Of a stretch of DNA of 48,781 bases, positions 1 to 7,734 are shown piece after piece. The stretch comes from Candidatus Aminicenantes bacterium. GTDB taxonomy: Bacteria > Acidobacteriota > Aminicenantia > Aminicenantales > Aminicenantaceae. The notes beneath the pieces were generated by a model that was not told the DNA's origin, searched no databases, and worked only from the letters and a program-made list of their open reading frames with translations. Each line of letters begins with the position of its first letter. Within the stretch, counting starts at the first letter, position 1. The stretch is taken from the NCBI GenBank assembly GCA_030614685.1, contig JAUWTO010000002.1:1-48781 (forward strand), given 5' to 3'. The translations under genes were made by a program, and so were the position numbers.

Positions 1-111
1 AACCAGAGAGCTGAACACTGCATTTTCGGGTTTCTCGTTGGGAGTGAGTTTTCACTCCTGGGCTATGGTTACATTTTCCCCGCTTTCAGACGGGGTAAAT
101 GGGAGGTAAAA

Positions 112-3100
112 TTGCGTAAGTTCTTAACTATTTTATTTGTGCTGGTGTTGGCGACATCGCTCACCGCACAGGTAAGAACAGGAAATGTATTTGGGAAGAT
201 CACCGATCCCGACGGGAACCCTCTCCCGGGTGTCACGGTCACGCTGACGGGTGCTTATACAGCGCCTCTGACCTCGATCACCTCGGCTGAGGGCAATTTC
301 CGTTTCCTGTCTCTGCCTGCTGCCTCAGACTACACGATCAAGGCGGAGCTGGAAGGATTCAAGACAGAGATCCGGGAGAACGCGATCGTGGTGGTGGGCT
401 CGAACGTCGAGATCAACATCACCATGGAGATGGGTGCCCTTGAGGAAGAGGTCACGGTCACGGCCGTAACACCTGTGGTCGACACCAAGAAGACCTCGGT
501 TGGTATCAACGTCACCAATGAAATACTGCAGTCTCTGCCCACGTCGCGTGACCCTTGGGTCGTGCTGGCGATGGCGCCTTCGGTCATCATCGACCGTGAG
601 AACATCGGTGGGGCGGAGTCAGGTCAGCAGTCCAGTTACGTCGCCCGCGGTGCCACGAGCTATTCGCAGAACGTGTGGGCCATGGACGGCATGGTGATCA
701 CAGACCCGGCCGCCATCGGCGCGTCGCCTTCCTACTATGACTTTGACGCGTTCGAAGAGATGAACATCACGGTCGGCGGTGCGGATGTCACCATTCAGAC
801 CGGTGGTGTCGCGCTGAACATGGTGACCCGCCGCGGCGGCAACCGTGTGTCTCTGGGCGGCCGCTTCTACCTGGTCGACGGAGAGAAGTTCCAGGCCAAG
901 AACGAACAGTTCGTGCTGGACACCCAGGAAGTGGAGCCCACCTTCTTGGGATTGAACTACATCAACGAGAACAAGGACTATGGTTTCAACCTCGGCTTCC
1001 CGATCGTACGGGACAAGGCCTGGTTCTGGGGTTCCTGGGGAGTCCAGGACATCAAAACCACGACGGTCTACCAGCGTACCGACGACACGCTGATGCAGAA
1101 CGTAGCAGCCAAGCTGAACCTGCAGATCATCCCTGAGAACCGGTTCGAGGCCTTCATGCATGTGGGCCGGAAGAACAAGTTCGGCCGTTCCTCGAGTGCG
1201 GCGCTGCCTGGTGGTTACTTCCAGGGCGGCCGTTATCACTTCGGTTCGCCGATCGTCAAGATCCAGGACGAGCACATGTTCGGCGACAGCTTCTTCCTGT
1301 CGGTCAAGTTCGGGTTCTCCGACGCCGGGTTCAACCTGACGCCCATGGACGACCGGGACTTCGTGAACACTCCCTACTGGAACGAGACAAACTCGCTCTG
1401 GGAAAGCCCCGGCGGCGACGTCGGTGAGTGGCGCTATTATGTTGAGAGACCCGTCACACAGTTCAACGTGCTGGGCAACTACTTCAACGACACACTGTTT
1501 GGCGCCAGCCACGACATCAAGTTCGGAGTGGAGTATGCGGACCGCGCATCCTACACAGAGTCCGTCTACACCGGCAACATGCAGATCAACTGGGAGATCT
1601 CCGGCAACGCCTTCGACTTTGACGGCGACGGTGCCCCTGACAATCCTGGGGATATTGCCGGTGCCGGGAACGATTTCTACCGCTTCATGTACTGGCGCGG
1701 CTATTATCGCGAGTATGGTGTGAAAGCGATGGCGGCCTACTTCAGCGACACGATCACCTTTGGCCGCTGGAACCTGCTGCTGGGCCTGCGCTACGACTAC
1801 CAGACTCCGAAGATCAATCCGATCTCGGTCACGGCCATGGACGGCAGCAATGCCTGGGACAACGTTACATCCGAGTCCGTGCAGAACGCATTCGATACTC
1901 TGCTGCCCGCTGTTGACGTTCCCGGCCGCGACGTCGTGGACCTTAACGGCAAAACCTATGCCTGGAAGGTCTTTTCACCCCGCCTGGGTCTGACCTGGGA
2001 TGTGACGGGTGACGGCAAAACCATCGCCAAGTTCATTCTGGCCAAATACGGCAACTTCATGGGTGTTAGCTCCTACGGCCAGATGCCCGGCGGCGCCTCC
2101 GGCTGGTTCGACACATGGTGGTGGGATCACAACTCCAACTCCATGGCAGAGCTCGACGAGTTCTACTGGCACACAGTCAACGACGATACCTATACCCCGT
2201 ACAAGATCTTCTCCGGCAACACCTTTGTGGGTGACTGGGACGATGCCTCCGGTTCATTCTGGGGCGGATACAATCCCGACAATCCCACAGCGCTCACCGA
2301 GCCCTACCAGATCCGTGACGCCAATGCCGGCTCCCCCGCCACATGGGAAGCCATGATCACCCTGGAGCGCGAGATCATGACCGACTTCGCCCTGCAGCTC
2401 AACGCATCCTACCGCCTGTACAACCAGTTCAACTGGTCCAAGAAGGTCTTCCGCGCTGACGGCGCAGTTGACGGCGCCATCATCGGTACGCAGGACCAGA
2501 GCTGGTACGAAGATAATCAGGTGCCGGTGAGCAACATCGGCCAGTACCTGCCCGATGACTACACCAAGTGGGACGGCAGCCTGGGCGAAGCCCCCAACCA
2601 CACCTGGCAGACGCTCAAGACCGAAGTCCCCTTAACTGACGGTACCACCATCAATCCTGGTGTGTATTCGCCTTACTCCTACTACCAGAGGATGCCCAAC
2701 GACCGCTACAACGACTACTACGGCCTCGACCTGATCTGGAACAAGCGCCTCTCCAACAAGTGGATGCTCAACGGCTCGTTCACGATCCAGAAGCAGTCCT
2801 ACCACTACGGCGACGAAGGCTACCACAGCAACACCAACCTGTGGGCCTTGGAAGGCATGTCCTCCTCGGCTTACCAGGGCGGTTCTTCGGGTAAGATCAG
2901 CCAGTACACCTACACCCCCTGGATGTTCAAGGCCGGCGGCCTCTACCAGATGCCCTACGGCTGGAACGTCTCCTTCACGTTCAATGCACGTGACGGCCAC
3001 ATCCTGAGAGAGAGATTTCAGCTGATCGATTACACCCTGCCCAACACCAGAAGCAGAAGCTCCTGGCTGTACCTGACCGAGTTCGGTACCTTCAAGATGG

Positions 3101-3360
3101 ACGTGTTCTACAAACTGGACATGCGTCTTGAGAAGGTTTGGAGGAGCGGCGACTTCGGCCGGATCTACTTCATGGTCGACATTTTCAACGTGTTCAACAG
3201 CACGCACGAAAACCGCCGTTACCAGAGAGACTGGGGCAACTTCTACTACTACGGTGCCGGCGACAGCCGCAACCGTTTCTCCGAGTACACCCTGGCCTAC
3301 ACTCTGAACGAGGTTCTCAATCCGAGAGTCATGCGGTTGGGACTCCGCTTCCAGTTCTAA
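112..3360 (+). CDS. TonB-dependent-receptor-like outer-membrane beta-barrel with N-terminal carboxypeptidase-regulatory-like domain
   Basis: 1082-aa ORF. TTG start 5 nt after GGGAGG (101-106). Signal peptide MRKFLTILFVLVLATSLTAQ. CarboxypepD_reg-like 'GKITDPDGNPLPGVTVTLTG..AEGNFRF'. Plug-like 'ILQSLPTSRDPWVVLAMAPSV..ARGATSYSQNVWAMDGMVITD'. Y/G/N/W-rich barrel ending in aromatic 'RLGLRFQF'. Confidence 0.8.
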   Translation: MRKFLTILFVLVLATSLTAQVRTGNVFGKITDPDGNPLPGVTVTLTGAYTAPLTSITSAEGNFRFLSLPAASDYTIKAELEGFKTEIRENAIVVVGSNVEINITMEMGALEEEVTVTAVTPVVDTKKTSVGINVTNEILQSLPTSRDPWVVLAMAPSVIIDRENIGGAESGQQSSYVARGATSYSQNVWAMDGMVITDPAAIGASPSYYDFDAFEEMNITVGGADVTIQTGGVALNMVTRRGGNRVSLGGRFYLVDGEKFQAKNEQFVLDTQEVEPTFLGLNYINENKDYGFNLGFPIVRDKAWFWGSWGVQDIKTTTVYQRTDDTLMQNVAAKLNLQIIPENRFEAFMHVGRKNKFGRSSSAALPGGYFQGGRYHFGSPIVKIQDEHMFGDSFFLSVKFGFSDAGFNLTPMDDRDFVNTPYWNETNSLWESPGGDVGEWRYYVERPVTQFNVLGNYFNDTLFGASHDIKFGVEYADRASYTESVYTGNMQINWEISGNAFDFDGDGAPDNPGDIAGAGNDFYRFMYWRGYYREYGVKAMAAYFSDTITFGRWNLLLGLRYDYQTPKINPISVTAMDGSNAWDNVTSESVQNAFDTLLPAVDVPGRDVVDLNGKTYAWKVFSPRLGLTWDVTGDGKTIAKFILAKYGNFMGVSSYGQMPGGASGWFDTWWWDHNSNSMAELDEFYWHTVNDDTYTPYKIFSGNTFVGDWDDASGSFWGGYNPDNPTALTEPYQIRDANAGSPATWEAMITLEREIMTDFALQLNASYRLYNQFNWSKKVFRADGAVDGAIIGTQDQSWYEDNQVPVSNIGQYLPDDYTKWDGSLGEAPNHTWQTLKTEVPLTDGTTINPGVYSPYSYYQRMPNDRYNDYYGLDLIWNKRLSNKWMLNGSFTIQKQSYHYGDEGYHSNTNLWALEGMSSSAYQGGSSGKISQYTYTPWMFKAGGLYQMPYGWNVSFTFNARDGHILRERFQLIDYTLPNTRSRSSWLYLTEFGTFKMDVFYKLDMRLEKVWRSGDFGRIYFMVDIFNVFNSTHENRRYQRDWGNFYYYGAGDSRNRFSEYTLAYTLNEVLNPRVMRLGLRFQF

Positions 3361-3388
3361 GCTGAACTAGCTCAAGCAGAAGCTCAAA

Positions 3389-3426
3389 GCCCTCCCCGCC
3401 TCCGGGCGGGGGGGGCTTTTTTATTT
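3389..3426 (+). terminator. Rho-independent terminator after the OM barrel gene
   Basis: 12-bp G/C stem gccctccccgcc (3389-3400) / ggcggggggggc (3405-3416) with one G.U pair and loop tccg, followed directly by a T-tract (3417-3422). Confidence 0.8.
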
Positions 3427-3453
3427 GAAGCCCGACCCAATTTCTGTTACAAT
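3425..3453 (+). promoter_or_regulatory. Predicted sigma70-type promoter for the 3520 gene
   Basis: TTGAAG (3425-3430) - 17 nt - TACAAT (3448-3453), immediately after the terminator and about 65 nt upstream of ATG 3520. Confidence 0.45.
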
Positions 3454-3519
3454 TAAGCCAGATCATAGTGTCTCTGAGTGTGTGCGAGTAAACATGCGAA
3501 TCGTTTCTGGAGGTAAGAG

Positions 3520-4443
3520 ATGAAAAGGACGGGATTCATCCTCTTTTTATGTGTGTTCTTCCTGGTGAGTCTATCGCTTACCGCGCAGACCTACAAAGGA
3601 AAGGGCCGGATCACCGGTTTTGTTTTCGACCAAGACGGCAATCCCATCGAAGGCGTGAATATCAAACTTTTTTCCATGAGGGCGGGGGCCGGTTTCGAGA
3701 TCAAGTCGGAAAAGGACGGCAGGTGGACGGCTGCCTGGCTCCGCGGCGGAGGCTGGAACCTCGATTTCGAGAAGTTCGGGTACGAGCCCAAGATGATCAG
3801 CGTCTCCATCCAGGAGATGGGGAAGAGGCTGCCCCCCATAGAAATCCGCATGAAAAAGGTCGAGGGCATGGTCGTGACCGATGACCTGAAAGCCGAGCTT
3901 GTGAAAGGCAACGAGTTTTTCAACGCCGGACAGTTCCAGGAGGCCATCGGGGTCTACACCAAGATGCTCGAGGAGAACCCCGACATCTACATCCTCAACA
4001 AGAACATCGGGAACTGCTATTTCGAGATGGAAGACTATGCCCAGGCCATGACGTTCTACCAGAAGATCCTGGACCAGGATCCGGACAACGGCGCCGCCAA
4101 GATCGCCATCGGCAACTGCTATGCCAACCAGGGGGAAAACGAGACCGCCCTGGAATGGTACAACAAGGTGGAATTCGACAGCATCCAGGATGCTACCGTG
4201 CTGTACAACACCGGCACCGTGCTGTACAACAGCGGGAACTACAGCGAGGCGCTGCGGTACTACCAGCGGTCGGTGGAGATCCAGTCCGACAACCTGGATG
4301 GGATCTATCAGCTGGGCCTGTGCTACCTGACCATGGGCAATAAGGATGAGTCCATAAAGAACTTCGAGAAGTACCTGGAGATGGACGCTGACTCCGACCG
4401 CGCCAATCAGGTGCGGGGTTTTCTCGATTATCTCAGGCGCTGA
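3520..4443 (+). CDS. Secreted CarboxypepD_reg-like domain + TPR-repeat protein
   Basis: 307 aa. ATG preceded by GGAGG (3509-3513). Signal peptide MKRTGFILFLCVFFLVSLSLTAQ. 'GRITGFVFDQDGNPIEGVNIKLFS..KDGRWTA' resembles CarboxypepD_reg. C-terminal half is TPR-like ('AIGVYTKMLEENPD', 'AMTFYQKILDQDPDN', 'ALRYYQRSVEIQSDN'). Confidence 0.75.
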   Translation: MKRTGFILFLCVFFLVSLSLTAQTYKGKGRITGFVFDQDGNPIEGVNIKLFSMRAGAGFEIKSEKDGRWTAAWLRGGGWNLDFEKFGYEPKMISVSIQEMGKRLPPIEIRMKKVEGMVVTDDLKAELVKGNEFFNAGQFQEAIGVYTKMLEENPDIYILNKNIGNCYFEMEDYAQAMTFYQKILDQDPDNGAAKIAIGNCYANQGENETALEWYNKVEFDSIQDATVLYNTGTVLYNSGNYSEALRYYQRSVEIQSDNLDGIYQLGLCYLTMGNKDESIKNFEKYLEMDADSDRANQVRGFLDYLRR

Positions 4444-4558
4444 CGCCCTCCTTTTCCCGTTCCGGAAACTCGGTGGCGGCTCGGTGCAGAAAGGGAGTCC
4501 TGCCCCACATAGAGGCTGCCCCTTTCGGCTGCTTATGAAAGATCGAGGTGGAACAGAG

Positions 4559-6706
4559 ATGGACAGAATCTGGCCGATAGTGTGGTTCGCCCTCTTCTTT
4601 GCCCTCTTGAGCGGGGATGGCGAGGCTTCGCCCCGGGCTCAGGCCAAAAAAAAAACTCCTGAGGCCAGCCACAACCTCCTGCTGGTCACCATCGACACCC
4701 TGCGTGCCGACCGCCTCAGCTGCTATGACGACAGTCATGTACAGACGCCGGTCATAGACGGGCTCGCCCGGTTGGGAGTCCGGTTCACCCGGGCCTTCGC
4801 CCATACACCGACCACACTCCCTTCTCATGCCAACATCCTGACCGGAGTCCTGCCGCTCTATCATGGGATCCACGAAAACGGGACCTTTGTCCTGCACGAG
4901 GACCAGCTGACCCTGGCGGAGCTGCTGCAGGGCCAGGGCTATGCCACGGCCGCTTTTGTGGGTGCCTATCCCTTGGACAGCCGCTTCGGGCTGGCTCAAG
5001 GCTTCGACCGTTATGATGACGACTACAGGAGCCTGCGCACGGGAAGCCTGGCCAGTGTGGAGCGCAGGGCCGAGGCCGTGGTGGACGGGGCCCTCACCTG
5101 GCTCAAGGCCCAGCAGGGTCCCTGGTTCCTGTGGGTGCACTGCTATGATCCCCATGATCCCTATGCCCCCCCGGAGCCCTTCCACACCCAGTTTGCCGAC
5201 CGGCTCTATGACGGCGAGGTGGCCTACGTGGACCAGGCCCTGGGGCCGCTGTTCCTTTACCTGAAGGATGCGGGCCTCACGAAATCTACGCTGGTGGTCC
5301 TGACCGGGGACCATGGGGAGTCCTTAGGAGAGCATGGGGAGAAAACCCACGGCTATCTGGCCTACAACTCCGCGCTCTGGATCCCCCTGATTCTCGCGGG
5401 TCCGGGAATTGCACCCGGTATCGTCGACACTTTTGTCAGCCACTGCGACATCTTCCCCACTCTGTGCGACTGGCTGGATATCAAGCGCCCCGGCCATCTC
5501 CAGGGCATCTCCCTGGCGCCGGCCCTCAGGGGTCGGAGCCTGAAGTCCCAGGCCATCTATTTTGAATCTCTGTATCCCTTTTACAGCCGGGGCTGGGCCC
5601 CGATGCGGGGCTACATCGTGGACGGGAAACAGAAGTACTTCGAATCCCCCATGCCCGAGCTGTTTGACATGGAGGCCGATTTCAGGGAGACCAGGGACCT
5701 GATCTCGCCCCGCTCCCTGCGGGAGCACCGGCCCCGGTTGGAACGGCTCATCGCGCGGTACACGCACGAAGACAGCGCCAAGGCCAGGCAGGCCCCGGAT
5801 CGCGATACCCTGGCCAAACTCAGGACGCTGGGCTACATCAGCGCTCCCGCGCCGCTCCGCAGCGAGAACCGGGAATTCGGCCCCAGCCTCGACGTGAAGA
5901 CGCTGCTCCCCTTCCACACCAAATCCATGGACGCCATGGAGGTGTATCGGGGAGGAGACACACGCGGCGCAGTGCAGATGCTGAAGGAGGTGTTGACAGA
6001 GCGGCAGGACATCGACATCGCGTACTCCAACCTGGCTGTCATCTACAAGGAGACAGGGCGTCTGCCTGAGGCCCTGGAAGTCCTCCGGGTGGGCCTCAAG
6101 GCGCTGCCGGACAGCTTCGATGTGTTCTCCGCCTACGTGAACTTCCTCATCAACGCCCGGCAGTACGCAGAGGTCATCCGGATCTTCCAGGATTCGAACC
6201 TGCGGCAGATGGAATACGATCCGGAGATCTGGAACTACCTGGGTGTGGCCCACACGCATACCCGGGAATTCGAAAAGGCGGTCCTGGCATTCGAGCGATC
6301 CCTGGAGCTCGATCCGAATTATGCCGTGGCTCACAACAACCTGGGGATCGCCCAATTTTCCCAGGCCCTGGCCCTTAAGGAGGCGTCCCTCCTGGAAAAG
6401 GCCCTGTCGTCCTTCCAGACGGCCGCCTCCCTGAATCCCGATTATGCATCTCCCTGGAACGGGCTGGGGATCGTGTACCGTCAGCTGGGCGACCTGGAGC
6501 GCGCCGCCGCCTCCCTGGAGAGGGCCCTGGAGCTCAACCCGGAATTCGGGGATGCCCGCTACAACCTGGCCCACATCTTTCTGAGCCAGGGTGACAAGGT
6601 CCGCGCCTTGCAGCATTTTTCCCTGTATAAGGAAAAATTTCAACATGCTCTCCCCCCTAATGAGAGGGAAAAACTGGAGGCTTTGATAGAACAATGCAAA
6701 AAATGA
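4559..6706 (+). CDS. Secreted alkaline-phosphatase-superfamily (sulfatase-like) hydrolase/transferase fused to C-terminal TPR array
   Basis: ORF 4484-6706 trimmed to ATG 4559 (GAGGTGG at 4545-4551; signal peptide MDRIWPIVWFALFFALLSG). Sulfatase-fold blocks 'LLLVTIDTLRADRL', 'HTPTTLPSHANILTG', 'LVVLTGDHGESLGEHGE'. The last ~270 aa are TPR ('AYSNLAVIYKETGRLPEALEV', 'ALELNPEFGDARYNLA'). Confidence 0.8.
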   Translation: MDRIWPIVWFALFFALLSGDGEASPRAQAKKKTPEASHNLLLVTIDTLRADRLSCYDDSHVQTPVIDGLARLGVRFTRAFAHTPTTLPSHANILTGVLPLYHGIHENGTFVLHEDQLTLAELLQGQGYATAAFVGAYPLDSRFGLAQGFDRYDDDYRSLRTGSLASVERRAEAVVDGALTWLKAQQGPWFLWVHCYDPHDPYAPPEPFHTQFADRLYDGEVAYVDQALGPLFLYLKDAGLTKSTLVVLTGDHGESLGEHGEKTHGYLAYNSALWIPLILAGPGIAPGIVDTFVSHCDIFPTLCDWLDIKRPGHLQGISLAPALRGRSLKSQAIYFESLYPFYSRGWAPMRGYIVDGKQKYFESPMPELFDMEADFRETRDLISPRSLREHRPRLERLIARYTHEDSAKARQAPDRDTLAKLRTLGYISAPAPLRSENREFGPSLDVKTLLPFHTKSMDAMEVYRGGDTRGAVQMLKEVLTERQDIDIAYSNLAVIYKETGRLPEALEVLRVGLKALPDSFDVFSAYVNFLINARQYAEVIRIFQDSNLRQMEYDPEIWNYLGVAHTHTREFEKAVLAFERSLELDPNYAVAHNNLGIAQFSQALALKEASLLEKALSSFQTAASLNPDYASPWNGLGIVYRQLGDLERAAASLERALELNPEFGDARYNLAHIFLSQGDKVRALQHFSLYKEKFQHALPPNEREKLEALIEQCKK

Positions 6707-7647
6707 TCATCCGATCCTGGTTTCCTGTGGTCGTGTTCGCTGTCCTGGCCGGCCTGGCCGCCTGCTCCGGCATGGGGATCAAGCTCGACCCGGAGAGCGA
6801 GGCATTCTACGAGTATGCCCGCCTGATCATGACCGATGACGAAATGCAGATCTTCAAGCACCTGGCAGACAAGGAGGAGAGAGCGCGCTTCATCCTGGAT
6901 TTCTGGGACAAACGCGATCCTGATCCCGATACAGATGTGAACGAATTCCAGGAGGAATTCTATTTTCGCATCAACTTTGCCAACCAACGCTTCAAACAGG
7001 GCTCTCCGGGTTGGAAGACGGACCGCGGTCGCATCTTTATCTACTTCGGCGCACCAGACAGGACCGAGGAATGGTTCCCCATGCAGACGCGAGATGAGGC
7101 GGATGCGGGCGTTTCGGTCCAGGCGCGTATTCGGGGGATCCTGCGCTGGACATACTACCGCTACGGCCTTGCCATCGATTTCTACGACCGCCGGGGCGAC
7201 GGCACCTATGTGATCGACAATCCCCTGAACCAGATCTGGGGAGACTATTTCGATGCCCTGGAATTCGCCAAGATGGGGCTGGATTTCGCCAACAAGGAAA
7301 GGCTCCAGGAGTTTGCGTTCCTGGACTTCGATCTGGTCTATGAGGAAGCGGAGCAGACCTTCTTTGTGACTGTGCCCCTGGCTGGTTTCACCTTCTATGA
7401 AGAGGAGGGCGAGCTCCAGGCCGACTTTGTCTTCATGTTCATGTTCTACCTGCAGAGCGGGGGCAAGGTCGACGAGTTTCAGGAGACCCGCCACTTCAGC
7501 AGCACAGAGGAGGAGCTCATAGAGCTCGATGAGCTGCGCTTTTCGTTCGAATACGATCTGCAGCCGGGGAAATATTACGTGGACGTGACCATCGACGTGA
7601 AACCGGATGTGGGGAAAACGCGCCAGATCTTCAAGGTTCAGCGATGA
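6694..7647 (+). CDS. GWxTD-domain lipoprotein
   Basis: 317 aa. Lipoprotein-type signal 'VFAVLAGLAACSG'. Blocks 'FWDKRDPDP..NEFQEEFYFRINFANQRF' and 'GWKTDRGRIFIYFGAPD' (GWKTD = 7009-7023). Alternative start ATG 6703 gives an ATGA overlap with the upstream stop. Confidence 0.8.
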   Translation: MQKMIIRSWFPVVVFAVLAGLAACSGMGIKLDPESEAFYEYARLIMTDDEMQIFKHLADKEERARFILDFWDKRDPDPDTDVNEFQEEFYFRINFANQRFKQGSPGWKTDRGRIFIYFGAPDRTEEWFPMQTRDEADAGVSVQARIRGILRWTYYRYGLAIDFYDRRGDGTYVIDNPLNQIWGDYFDALEFAKMGLDFANKERLQEFAFLDFDLVYEEAEQTFFVTVPLAGFTFYEEEGELQADFVFMFMFYLQSGGKVDEFQETRHFSSTEEELIELDELRFSFEYDLQPGKYYVDVTIDVKPDVGKTRQIFKVQR

Positions 7648-7734
7648 AACCAAAACGCGGGACAGGGAGTTTTACGGAATAAACGCATTTCGTCTTCCCG
7701 TTTGAGAGCTCTAGTCTCGTACAAGGAAAAACAG

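Noticed and set aside
5324-6694. 456-aa ORF on the minus strand (also 4433-5314)
   Set aside because: It is antisense to the AlkP-like/TPR gene, which has a signal peptide, catalytic motifs and TPR periodicity. This is an antisense artefact.
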